Shown piece after piece: positions 25,350 to 36,179 of a stretch of DNA of 64,000 nt (within the stretch, counting starts at the first letter, position 1; every line of letters begins with the position of its first letter). This stretch comes from Ramazzottius varieornatus (taxonomy: Eukaryota > Animalia > Tardigrada), in NCBI GenBank assembly GCA_001949185.1, contig BDGG01000001.1, forward strand, positions 6,609,591-6,673,590. Direction: 5' to 3'. The notes beneath the pieces are model-generated. The model saw nothing but the letters and a program-made list of their open reading frames with translations, had not been told where the DNA came from and searched no databases. The translations under genes were made by a program, and so were the position numbers.

Positions 25350-26953
25350 TTAGGCTTTCGAGACAGAATGGACGGCCGCATGTGAGCCAGGAGCGACGCG
25401 GTTCTTCTTGCTGAGCTCTTGCCCGGGTGGACGAATGCAGCATGGCAGCAAGTGCGAGAAGAACTTCTTGAAGTGGTACCGGAAGCGCTCGATGGTGATG
25501 GCGTAAATCATTGGGTTCAGGCTGGCAATGTGATATATGGGCCAATAACTGGCTACATACATCTCGGTGGAGATACATTTGCATATTGGGTCGGCGAAAT
25601 TGGCCACGATCTCGTAAAAGAACCATAGACAGAAGAAGGTGCCCACCAAGATCATCAAGCTTCTCGTTGCACGTTGTTCTTTCCTAATTTCGGCTAACTC
25701 GGCTTGATTCTTGTCCTTTCTCTTTTCGTTAGCTGGTTTCTTGATTCTCGAGTGGTGGTGGCTCTGGATGGTGGAGACTGTCACCGAGGCGGAATGGCTG
25801 TCCTTCTCTAAGGTAGTGGTATCGGTGTGACCATTGGCTTCCATTAATTTGCGAATCTCCAACTGGCGCTTCCGTCGTTGGCGAATGTACAACAGGAGCC
25901 GAATATTACAGTAGCAAATGATACTCAATGGCACTGCAAACTCCACGAATGCTTGAAGTAGAGTCTACAAGGAAAACACATTCGTTTACGTCTGCGTTGT
26001 TCATTCTGCGGCCCGCTGTCTCCGGTATGATCCCGGTACAATACTTACCAGCCATGCAACGTCACGGAACTCAGAGTCACACGTTCCGGGTTCGATAACG
26101 GAATAACCCTGTAAAGGAATACCGCACATATCGACGTCCACGCTACAGAACTTGATTACAACCAGTGACCCGGATGGATTAACGGATTGTTCCTGGTATT
26201 GTTTGTATATCAAGTTGCGTGCTCATGGCCAATGTCATGTGCTTGATCCGAAGGTGTGGAAAAGATTACACACCCTTACGACGTCCCAGAAGAGCACCAC
26301 TGGTCCATAGAACAATATCGAAAACGTCCAGGTGAGCGCAATCCGCGTGATTGCTCGTTTGCTGGTTTCCTCATTGCGGTACTCAATCGGGTGAAGCACC
26401 ATTTTGTATCGGTCTAAATATAAGGCAGAAAGAGGGCTCATATCATCGTCGTCTGCTAGAACATCCCTGTTTGTCCGGTGGACTTACCATAACTGATCAA
26501 GCATATGGTTAAGCTCCCTTGCAGCGACGAAATGTAGTCTTCGAAAAGATACCATTTACACAGGCCGGCGTTACCTATCGGCCAACCGAGCTTGTACAAA
26601 AAGGAGTAACAGCCAAATGGCATGGAGAACCCGCCCATGAAGAAATCCGAACAGGCCAGGCTGACGATGTAATAGTTCTGGACCACCCGAAGCTTCGGAT
26701 CGGTCATGAAAGAATAAATGACGAGCAAGTTGGCTGTGACGGACCAGGTGGTGAAGATACAGGTATCGGTAATGAGGTAGATACAGAAAGGTAGCGGATA
26801 AAGCCAACCAAGGAAACTCGCGTCGGTCGAATTGGTCGCTTCGGACGAAACATTTTCGAGTGGACTCGGGGTAATATGGTCAAAGGTGTGATTCGAGAAA
26901 TCGTGTGCGAAATGACTGTCAGTATAATGATGCGCCTCATCCAAGAGATCCAT
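25350..26953 (-). CDS. Class A aminergic GPCR, histamine H3/muscarinic-like, 4 coding exons
   Basis: ANLLVIYSF..DPKLR..QNYYIVSLACSDF, TM3 Asp (FEDY), LISY|DRY, CDSEF, EFAVPL, RATRSL, LNPMIYA. Confidence 0.88.
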
Positions 26954-28228
26954 CTCGATGGCGCCCGATAGCAAGAACGAACACAGCAGCGAGATGCTGA
27001 CGGTGGGTGCACTCTATATTGGAAAAACCTCTCATCAGGCAAAGTGAATTAGCGTTGGAAGGAGTTAAACACCGCGCTGATCGAGCAAGTGGGACAGGAG
27101 CAAGTAAGTCTATGATACTTTTCTTTGAGTGTTACTCCGATGCTGAGCAGGCGCATTTTGTCACATATGGATCTGGAAGAAAGCGGCAAGGAAGAGGTAA
27201 TAAGAAAGCGGAGGCAGAAATCGATCTCAAGGCTGGGTAATGGAAGTTACCAAGGTGGAAGAGTATTTCCTAAAAAGCCAAGTGCAATAGTGACGACGGA
27301 TGACAGAATTGAGTTATGGCTAGATTGATCTGGGTGTCAGTTGCTGGAAAATAAGAAGGCACTTACCAAGCAAACCTGGTCGTCTTTGAGCTATGAAAGA
27401 ACAGTATGAAAACCGGACCTTCAAAAATTTGACACTGCACAGAGTTGCGTGCACGCACAAGTGGAATATGAAGGTGAGCGGAAATAATTATCGCTGAGTA
27501 CCGACTTCCGGAAGATAGCTCGAAATCAAAAGTAGACTCGGACTACAGCTGATTAGAAGGGACTCAATGAGGTTGCGTGAATCTCGTCATGACTCAGTAC
27601 ATAGGTTTGCACCTTGGATGTCAATCTATTTGTCACGGGCCCCCATCTGCGACCTAAGAACCGTATGCAGCGCAGTCAACGTAGAAGCCAATTCACAACC
27701 GTCGGTGAACATCTGAGAACAACAATTACGCGCCTCGCGAGGCAAAAAAGTGAGCTGATAGGGACACGCAAAGGGAACGATGATTGTGCCGGTTCGGCTT
27801 TGGCGTGCTAAGATGCATCCGGGTGTACGGTCAATCTAACGACTTCGAACTTCCAACGGTTTGCAAGTGTTATCTCCCTAGCCGTCAAGTGCTGGATTAC
27901 CAGACAGAATGTTCTACAGCTATAAGCGCAGAACAACGTGGTAATGTACAGTCTGCACCAGCCAAGTTGATCTCTTCACCTGAGCTTCCGCCTGAGCTTC
28001 CGTCAAAAATTTCAATTTCGCACAGTTAATTCCCGCTTTTTTCGTGTGTAATGTAGACCCTGTTCCATAGGTTGAGACATGCGTACGATGAACAGAATGA
28101 AAATCAGATTTGAGATTTTTTGCAAAGAGAAGGGGAGGAGTACCGAAACCTGAGCGTTGTAAAACGCTATCTAGAAACTCAGAAACGCCAGTTTTCCAAA
28201 TGAAATCTGTTTTGGCGTGTGACAAATA

Positions 28229-28490
28229 CAGTCCGGTCGATCGAAACCTGGTACTTACTTCTCCGATTTCGTGTTGAAGTCTGCTAATAATACATTCACC
28301 ACATAACACGACAAGCCAAGGTTGAAATTACATTACACGTACATTACACCGTAACTCTACTGGTGTGATCAAGTAATCAACTCGCATGTGAATCGGCTGT
28401 GTCGGTATGGCTCGCAGTATCGTTAATTATGCACGGTTTCTTGATTTTAAAATCGGACAATCAGGTCCGAGATTTCGAGCGACCGGACTG
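28229..28490. mobile_element. Tc1/mariner-type MITE, family C, copy 1
   Basis: TIRs CAGTCCGGTCGATCGAAA / TTTCGAGCGACCGGACTG with TA flanks; homologous copies at 51938-52193 and ~61262-61480. Confidence 0.85.
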
Positions 28491-30145
28491 TAACTTGGTT
28501 CATCTGTTGCAAGCTGAAAAGACCTGGTTTGCGGTACTCGCACTTCACTGTAGCTCAGTAAAAGCAATTTTCCGAGTTTTGCAGTATATTTCGTAGTCGA
28601 CGAGGAGCTGCTTTCTTGTCTGAACAAACTTGAAGTTAATTTTGCCGCATGTAGACAAACCTTTGTCCTAACTAACTCTGAAAGGATGTATGGATTGAAA
28701 GAGTTACCGTGTGTTAGGAGTTTTTTTCGCGAACATGAAAATCGTAAAATGGTCGCTGCATTATTTGTTGATCGCTTCAACTGTAGAAGATTTCTTTGGA
28801 TATCAACAATGAATTGTTTTGTTTGTCTTTTAAGTTCAGAACGGTTATCGATTAGTTTTCGGTATCTGGGGAAACATCGTTTAAACGTGATTTTTGAACC
28901 GAGTTCGGCAACTTCCTTACACATACAGATTTCCTTTTAGAAAGATGACCCCGAGCTCCTCGAAGTCAACGTTGTTTGACAGAAAATTTATCGAGCTTCA
29001 TCCTCAAATTCTACTGTATCCCCAGTTTTTGGCTGATGGGTGGTAGCGTGCGGCAACGGGGTCGAGACGTGATTTTCGTCGACCTTGATTGTTTGCGATT
29101 TTCACAGACTATAGTCCGGCAAACGTAAGGGTGGATCCATTATGCCATTAAAGCAGAGGCGAACATGAAAAACAAATATACCACTGTGTCCTAGCTCCTC
29201 AGTCCTTATGCATTATCAGAACAGATCACTGTCTTTCGATCAAGACTTTATATTAGGTGTGGAAGTATGACTTGTTCTCTATTTTAAAGTACCAAGTTTG
29301 AGAATTAGTTTACTCCGGTTTGGGCGTGTTTCATCCCAAACTTTTTATGATATGATGCACCATGATTCGGCGTTCGATTATGCTCGTGGATGTTTAAATC
29401 TTCCATGTTTGTCAAGCTGCGAATTCGGTTTAGCGAAAGTGACTGTTCTGTGGAAAACCTGTCACTCTCGGGATAACAATTTTTTCGAGCGCCCAAATCC
29501 CTTCGAAAACCTGGTAATGTCTGCAACTATTATTCTAGTGAACGTATTCCCAACGGCGCTATCAGGTGGTTTTTTTTAGAACATGGGGTGCCAAAGTTAT
29601 GCGAGTGGAAACTTGGGCACGAGTCTAGACACCAAATCTAGCCTCGCGAGAGTTCTGAGAGTTCGATCACGAATGGACTTCGGCCAGAAATAAAGCACTG
29701 CCAGCTGCATCTGCTGAACATGTTACCAAAGGTTTTCGGAAAGTCCCTGAGACAGCATAAATTCAGTTCGGACTACCTCACTAAAGTCGCGCACTTCGAA
29801 AGCTGGTCGTACAGCTGGAAAAACGGCAATTCTTGTTTTACAAATTCCACAATCTGCAATGAGAAACTGACGTTCATAGTAACGACCCAACTTTGGTCTA
29901 CAGGCTGACAAGATCCGCTTCGAAATTGAACCGGCCAGTGCCGGCAGAAGAGAGCGCGTCCCAAGCTGCAGCAAGCATCGTCCTCAGTCTGCCTTTGACT
30001 CTGTCAGGAAATGACGAAGATTATTTATGTACTTTATCTGGTCCCATTCGGTGCTCGGGTCCATTGTTCATTACAACAATATTACGGCCTCGTCACTGAT
30101 CAACAGTTCATAGCGTAGTCGTGCCATTGGCGAAATAAAATTGTT

Positions 30146-31284
30146 GGTGAGGGCTCCTCTCACCCCCGGTTTTAATTGACACACCACCGATGAGCTCCTC
30201 TCATCACTAATATTACACTTTTGACACCACCCACGGCTCATAGCACCACCATCCAGTATCTTATTTCAACTGGAAGTGACCGAACTACGACAAACTATGT
30301 AGTATGTCTGTAATTTATCGCTGGGCATCAGCCGGTGGGATGACAAAGAACTCACGGAAGTACCACAGTGTACAGTACATACTCATTTGGACAAACAGCT
30401 ATTCAAGAACGATAATTTCCGGGACGACCCTGCGATCGGCGTTAGGTTGTGGCTATGGTGCCCATTGGGCCAAATACGCCACCGCGTCCTCCGGCGTAAT
30501 GAAGGTAAAGTTGTCCTGGTACTGCAGAACAACTCACGCGTATGCGCGCCCGGGTCTACGCTTAACCTCTGTTGCGCTCTTTGCGGCAGTTTGCGCGAAA
30601 ACTCGAGATCACCCAGCTACGAAGATTTTGCCCGGAGAAAGATGCCTCTCTGGGGTTCTTCTTTGCAACAATTTCAGCAGCAAATACCAGCGCGAAGAAC
30701 GCACAGTCGACGCCGTTGACAGTTAACGTGGTCTTGTACTAATTCATTTCGACAGCGGAGTTCTTCCTCGCCTTGAGAATAGCACAGCTATAGGTCGTGT
30801 TTGACCTGCCAGGTCAACGCTACGCTTGGTTTGCTGTCAAACAAGCTCATATCTCGTGTGGTCGGATTCCATGCACTAGCCAAGAATTGATTGGCGCCAT
30901 TGAAGTGTACTTGCACACATGCGCTTGTTTTGTCAAATCCTCGAAAGCCTGGGTCGTGTAATCGGTCCGGCGCGAGTAATCCCGAAATGGCTCCTCCGCC
31001 ATGTTGGGCCAGCAGCGTGGCCATTGCTCATACAATGCTCGGGCAAACTGTCTGGTTCCGCACAACACGAGCAATTTCCGCCCGCAACAGTATGTACTCG
31101 ACACCACCGACAGTAATCCGATAGGATACGGGCTCACGTCCGAAGAACCGTCCAGCATCATCACTTTCGTGGTGGTGGTGGTGGTGAACTGGTGATTTTT
31201 TGGTTCATCTGACCACATTTCGTTTAACTAAACAAGTGGGAGAAGAGCCCATCGGTGGTGTCGGTGGTGAGAGAAGCCCTCACC
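30146..31284. mobile_element. Non-autonomous TIR element carrying a protease pseudogene
   Basis: Left end GGTGAGGGCTCCTCTCACC...CACCACCGATGAGCTCCTCTC is matched in reverse complement by the right end GAGAAGAGCCCATCGGTGGTG...GAGAGAAGCCCTCACC; possible imperfect 8-bp TSD AAATTGTT/AAGTTGTT. Confidence 0.75.
30590..31090 (-). pseudogene. Ulp1/C48-like (SUMO-protease-like) peptidase pseudogene
   Basis: AMATLLAQHGGGAISGLLAP...VQVHFNGANQFLASAW...MSLFDS...LVQDHVN, then frameshift to NGVDCAFFALVFAAEIVAKKNP..F..QNLRSW. Follows the H/D/Q-x-NG-x-DC pattern, with NHW changed to NQF and a stop codon. Confidence 0.65.
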
Positions 31285-31437
31285 GAAGTTGTTAGTATGG
31301 CAGATCAATCAATCAACAATCGGGGCGGGTTCGTTAGGTGGAACAATCAAGAGCTTTGATCAGAACTTCCGGGACAATCAGCTGTCTACCTCGTAAACCT
31401 GCAAGCCTAGTTTTCCTCTGGTATATTCAACGTATAA

Positions 31438-31562
31438 GGGATCGTTCGTTTATTACGTAAGAAAGATCAACGATACCTACCCTATCACCCCTCAAAGGAA
31501 ATTAATGAATGCCGCTTGAACCATTCATCTTACCGTGTCTTATGTAATAAATGAACGATCCC
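31438..31562. mobile_element. PIF/Harbinger (Tourist-like) MITE
   Basis: TIRs GGGATCGTTCGTTTATTACGTAAGA / TCTTATGTAATAAATGAACGATCCC; TAA flanks on both sides. Confidence 0.85.
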
Positions 31563-32053
31563 TAAACTCATTGCATTGGCTGTCTGTGTGTGTCACTTTG
31601 TGACTACGCGCCGCGCTTATGGCAGTATCAGCATTTACATCTGACCGGTTTTCTACTGTACACCGTTCATTACAGAGAATATGTTACCACTCCTGTTCGT
31701 TAACTTCGAATTCCCACTGTAGCAAAGGCTTACCCTCGCCCTTTTGTGACGTGTAACTACAACTTGCTTTCCGGAGCTCCCCTTATTTTCGAAGATAGCG
31801 TAATGGGATTTACGGTTCGCTAGTTGTGAAGAATGGTGGCTGCCCCAATATTCAAAGTTGTGATCAGCTGCTCCGCTTATGAGTGACGTCGAGGCACATT
31901 CTAGCTACAGTCGGACTTTCATCCGACGGTGGCAACTTGATCTCTGTATTTAGTAGTCTTGCTGTTCAATTGAGTTCCGGTCTATTCTTGCTGTGCACTG
32001 TGTAAAGGCAGTAGAAGCGCTTACGACGTGAAAATTTCCAGTCAAACCCGGCG

Positions 32054-32097
32054 TAGGGTTAGCGCAACCCGACCATGGTCGGGTTGCGACCACCCTA
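32054..32097. mobile_element. 44-bp hAT-like mini-element (two fused TIRs)
   Basis: TAGGGTTAGCGCAACCCGACCATGGTCGGGTTGCGACCACCCTA flanked by the exact 8-bp direct repeat ACCCGGCG. Confidence 0.85.
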
Positions 32098-33229
32098 ACC
32101 CGGCGATACAGACGACGTCTTTACATCCTAGAGGGAAGACTGGTACAGCCAAGCCGCTGGAAAACTTCGAATTTGGAATAACAGGTGAGGAATGGCAATG
32201 GTGAGCCCGACGTCACGACTGAAACGGATTTGTTAACCGTGTGCGTACTTTAAAGTGCCAATAAAGTGGGACAAGATCCGTCCGGGTCCGCGTAAAGAAG
32301 CCTCTCGGTACGCGCCGTATTGACTCTTATTTGTGATGTCGTAGCGAACAGCTGATCGATACGCACGTTGACCAGATATCTCACACACCATTCGCGCGGT
32401 CTTTTTAAACGCACCCGGGTCCAAATCTGTCTCGCATCATTGGCACTTTGAAGTACACTTGCACCCAATCGAGCACGTAGGCGAAGCCGGGTTTGCCCGG
32501 ATTAACCGACCCGACCACGAGCCGATAATCACATGAGGGGCACTACACACAGGCAACAACTTTTGCACACCAGCTACTGCGCAGCGGCATGGCTGGATTG
32601 ATGTGGTCAGCCTCGTGAATGAGCTTAACATTTTCTACCTCCGCAGTCATTACAAGTGTACGACAAAATAAACCGCTAAAAATGGGTGTTGAATGGAGCC
32701 AGATGGCTAGAGCCAATGAAATTTGCGCATACAGCAAAACCTAATTCTCATTGGATGGGGGGTAAGTGAGCTTCAGCTGGAGTGTTACGCCCATTTTTAA
32801 CGGTTAATTTTGTCGTACACTGTAGCCCCGTATCCTGTACCTCATGATCCAAAATACCGGTAGGCTAGATGGCAGTAAGAAGCAAGAACATAGCCTGCTT
32901 TTTATGCAAGGCAATCAGTCACTGGCATTAGCAACAAAAACCAACACGCATAAACAGCATAGTGGCGCTCTATACAGTATTGACGTTTCAACTTTGGAGC
33001 GGTTAACTGGCAAGACTTTGTTGTTGCAAGCGGAAGTTGTTCACTTCTTTTCCTCTAACGATCTTCTTAGGGCGAGGCTTGATGCTTCCCTGTTGTCTAA
33101 CCAGCAGGAGAGTCACCAGCCGCAAGACGTCGGTGCGCCTTACGGTGGTCAAATCGATCTTTTCCTTCAACGTTTTTGGCAGGAAGGGCGTTGATGAGTT
33201 CTGTGTTTCTGGCAATAGGAGCACTGTTA

Positions 33230-33581
33230 CCACTAGCAGCTTGCTGGTGTTGCCATACCAAACGGTTCACATTCTCTTCCTTTCCTCCTTGTTTTCCCAG
33301 AGGTGCGGCGGGGATAACTTTCAGCTTCCGGGTTACAATAGGTCACCTTCCAGAACCGCTGCTTCCCGTGCATTCGGCCTCTTGTGCAACACAGGTACTG
33401 CTTGCGAAGCCATCGATCTGGCAGCAGGCCTTGCCTTCATCTCGCCGTCACCCTGTAGCGAGGGATCTCGCCTCGCACCGTTTGTGCGTTTTTTGTTGCA
33501 GAGTGCAACTCGGCGTCCTTGGATACAGGCGGTAAACAGAAGGATTCCAGTCAATGAAGCAAACTTCGGTGAACTAGCCAG
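33230..33581 (-). pseudogene. Decayed small secreted Cys-rich protein gene, copy 1
   Basis: Clear nucleotide homology to 50780-51525. Reads LASSPKFASLTGILLFTACIQ...HKRCEAR...CCQIDGFASSTCV with frameshifts and stops; the ATG is replaced by CTG. Confidence 0.5.
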
Positions 33582-33701
33582 CTTATAGGAGTACACGGTG
33601 CTAAAGCCGGCAAAGAAAGGTCACATGAAATTAAGGCTCCACGAGCAATGTTCTTATGATAAAAGAATTACCGGCTTGGGACCCTGGGTATGCAGGAAGT
33701 A

Positions 33702-33831
33702 CTTTGCTTAATTGTGGGCATGGGCACGGAATTTAGGCACCGACAGAAAGCGGCAGGCGCCAGCTGCAAATAGCCAATCAATTGGAAGGCTGCGGCTTTC
33801 GGCCAGTGCTCATGCAAATGATTAGGCAAAG
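33702..33831. mobile_element. TA-flanked MITE
   Basis: CTTTGCTTAATTGTGGGCATGGGCAC vs GTGCTCATGCAAATGATTAGGCAAAG; TA on both sides. Confidence 0.7.
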
Positions 33832-35142
33832 TACGTGTACTGGTTAGGACAACCAGTTTCTCCTTGTCCGGATGGGTACATGGCTTACAGGCTCAACGTC
33901 AGGCTTAATTGCTCAGACATGCTCGTGGACCAGTTTTTAAAGCACTGTGTGGCCCTGTCCGCGAGACAAGAACCGCCCTCTGTTTTGTCAGTCTTTCCGC
34001 GCATTTTTAGGAAGGAGGTATCGGTGGTACTACTGGAACTGCATATGCTTGTCGGCATCTGGCGGACTGTCCGGTTAGGATGACCCTTGTTCTTGGAAAC
34101 TCGTCTTTGGGCATCGCACAAACTGAAATTATAGAAAACTGCAAGAAGGTTCGCGATGTCAACAAAGTACGCGAAGGCAGCCTTGACTGCTGGTTTTGTA
34201 CGGTAGGTCTTCGGCAATTTCGCTGTATGGTTTAGACAGCGGTATCGTTGCTGTGGACAAAGCTTAAGCGGCGCATAAAACAACCGTTTGATAAAACCGT
34301 TTCCCGCAGATGGCGTATATTAGTAGTATGGACCATACCTCTCAAGAGTCGAACACGCTTCAGAAGGGCGAACCACACATGGGAAGGAAACGAAACTGGA
34401 GATAATTGTCAGGTGTGATGGCTCAAAAGTCTGGATGCTTTCTCAATGGTAGAATGTATGGGTAAAGGCTTGGCTATGGGACAGGAGATGTTAGAAGACG
34501 TTAGTGTGCAAGGAACTTCGAAACACTGGATGGTTCGTTCAAGGACGGTGTCCACCTCAACGACATTCGTGCTCTCGACGGAATTCATTCTGCCGGTGTC
34601 CTCCTTCGATCACAACAGGACGTTCCGGGATTACAGGTTGATCTGATATGACTGGAATTTGCTCCCACGGGTCCACTCAGGCCTCCTGCGCATTCCGCAA
34701 ACTGCCCAAAGCAGGCCCCGTTGCCCAAGCGATCGGTAATGTGACTAAGCATCCACATAACGCTTTATGAGCAAGTTTCAGGACATTGCCAATGGCCTAA
34801 TATGCAGACAGTTGACGATAAATGCAAATTGAATGTTAATAAGTAAATGTTGAGCAAACTTACTGGTAAACCCAAAGCGTAAAAATGCATTTGAGTGGCA
34901 AAAACCATAACATAACCATGGCTATTTGCTCAATCATGCCCCACGTGTCGTACTTCAGGTATGAGAGAGTTTTTCTGTGACTTCTGCAGTTGGACAAATT
35001 TCTGGAAGAGAAATAGAGCACACGTTAATTATATGCTGTACAGAGTCAGCATACGTTTTCCCGATGAACACTTAAATCTCAGTATGTATACAGAGCAAAC
35101 AACTCGGCTCTCATTGTTGTCCAAAGTGGCGCATCTTTGCAC

Positions 35143-35811
35143 TCAAAATCTCCAAGAACGTGCGTCACTTAGTAGACCGACCTGGTCATGATAGTTTGCC
35201 GACCTCCCATATGATGCAGTGAACTTACTGAAAGCAAGGTTCTTGTAAAATCGGTCCTGTTTATTACCCATACGAGGTCCGAGCTTGAACGTGTTCTTGT
35301 GGTCGGGAAATTCTAGACCGAGGGCTTTTCCCACCGTCTTCTCGAACGATTTCCGGTTGTCAGTGGTTAGAGGTTCTTTGAGCTGCTCCGCGTAGTACGT
35401 CACAAGGCTTTTAGCCAGCAACCGACTGCCTGGCACAACTTCCAATGCGTTACGTATGACGCCACACGCTTCTGCAAATGCCATTCGTTCCCAGTCTCTC
35501 CTCTCACGTACGCGATTCTTGACTGGCTTCTTCTCACATTCCATCACAGCGTCGAATTCCTCGGGCAAATGCCGATCCGTTCCGGAGGCTGAGAGTTGAA
35601 TCCAGCTATTTTGAGAATCCGGATAACCATCCCATTTGCCGAAGTATTCCCAAGGAGAGCCCAAAACACTGGTCAGCTGTCGACGGTCCAAGACCTTCTC
35701 AACATAATACTCCTGGTGCTTGCGGTCAGCCTTTTGGTCACACTCGCTGGCAACGGAAGCTTCTTTCCCTTCAGTTTTTCCTTTCTTCTGTGCATCTGAA
35801 GATCTCTCCAT
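35143..35811 (-). CDS. Chromodomain + RFX-like winged-helix protein (222 aa), transposon-associated
   Basis: EYYVEKVLDRR...EYFGKWDGYPDSQNSWI is a chromodomain with aromatic-cage residues. VIRNALEVVPGSRLLAKSLVTYY...VGKALGLEFP...KLGPRMGNKQDRFYKNL resembles an RFX DNA-binding domain. Confidence 0.7.
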   Translation of the reverse strand: MERSSDAQKKGKTEGKEASVASECDQKADRKHQEYYVEKVLDRRQLTSVLGSPWEYFGKWDGYPDSQNSWIQLSASGTDRHLPEEFDAVMECEKKPVKNRVRERRDWERMAFAEACGVIRNALEVVPGSRLLAKSLVTYYAEQLKEPLTTDNRKSFEKTVGKALGLEFPDHKNTFKLGPRMGNKQDRFYKNLAFSKFTASYGRSANYHDQVGLLSDARSWRF

Positions 35812-36018
35812 TGTTCCATATTGAGGCAGAAAGACAGATTAACGACGGAAAGCTGCAGCAGAAGTAGGCGATCGTAGTTGAAACCAACTGAATGACCACT
35901 GTCCAACTATTGCACATTGGTAAGTTATATAGCCAAGCTCCAGTGTTAGACCCGAGCACTTGGCTTGTCTGTCCCATTACTGTATAGTGTTTGGCTGTGC
36001 TCTCTGTACGGGCAAAGC

Positions 36019-36081
36019 ACCCACTATGCTGCCATTGCTCACCCACAGTGGTGCAATTGCTGACCCATTCTGGTGCAATCC
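36019..36081 (+). repeat. Array of three 22-bp units (ACCCAYWSTGSTGCMAT); related copies at 38611-38628 (inverted) and 40863-40902 (2 units)
   Basis: Units start at 36019, 36041 and 36063; ACCCATTCTGGTGCA is exact at 36063, 40885 and (reverse strand) within 38611-38628. Confidence 0.85.
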
Positions 36082-36179
36082 GGTATGGGTCAGCAAGTCA
36101 CTTCGCAGTTCCGAATAACGCGAACAGCTTCCGATATTTTTCATTGGAGAGATGTTATTGGTATTATTCATTCATGTAG

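Noticed and set aside
29195-29250. ~55-bp similarity to ~44375-44430
   Set aside because: Too short and without termini, so no element or gene can be assigned.
33835-34700. ORFs upstream of the CACTA-like region
   Set aside because: All frames are interrupted and no motif is recognisable; they could be decayed cargo but this cannot be supported.
36019-36081. 22-bp periodic repeats as a CRISPR array
   Set aside because: The units are directly adjacent with no unique spacers, there are no cas genes and the context is eukaryotic.
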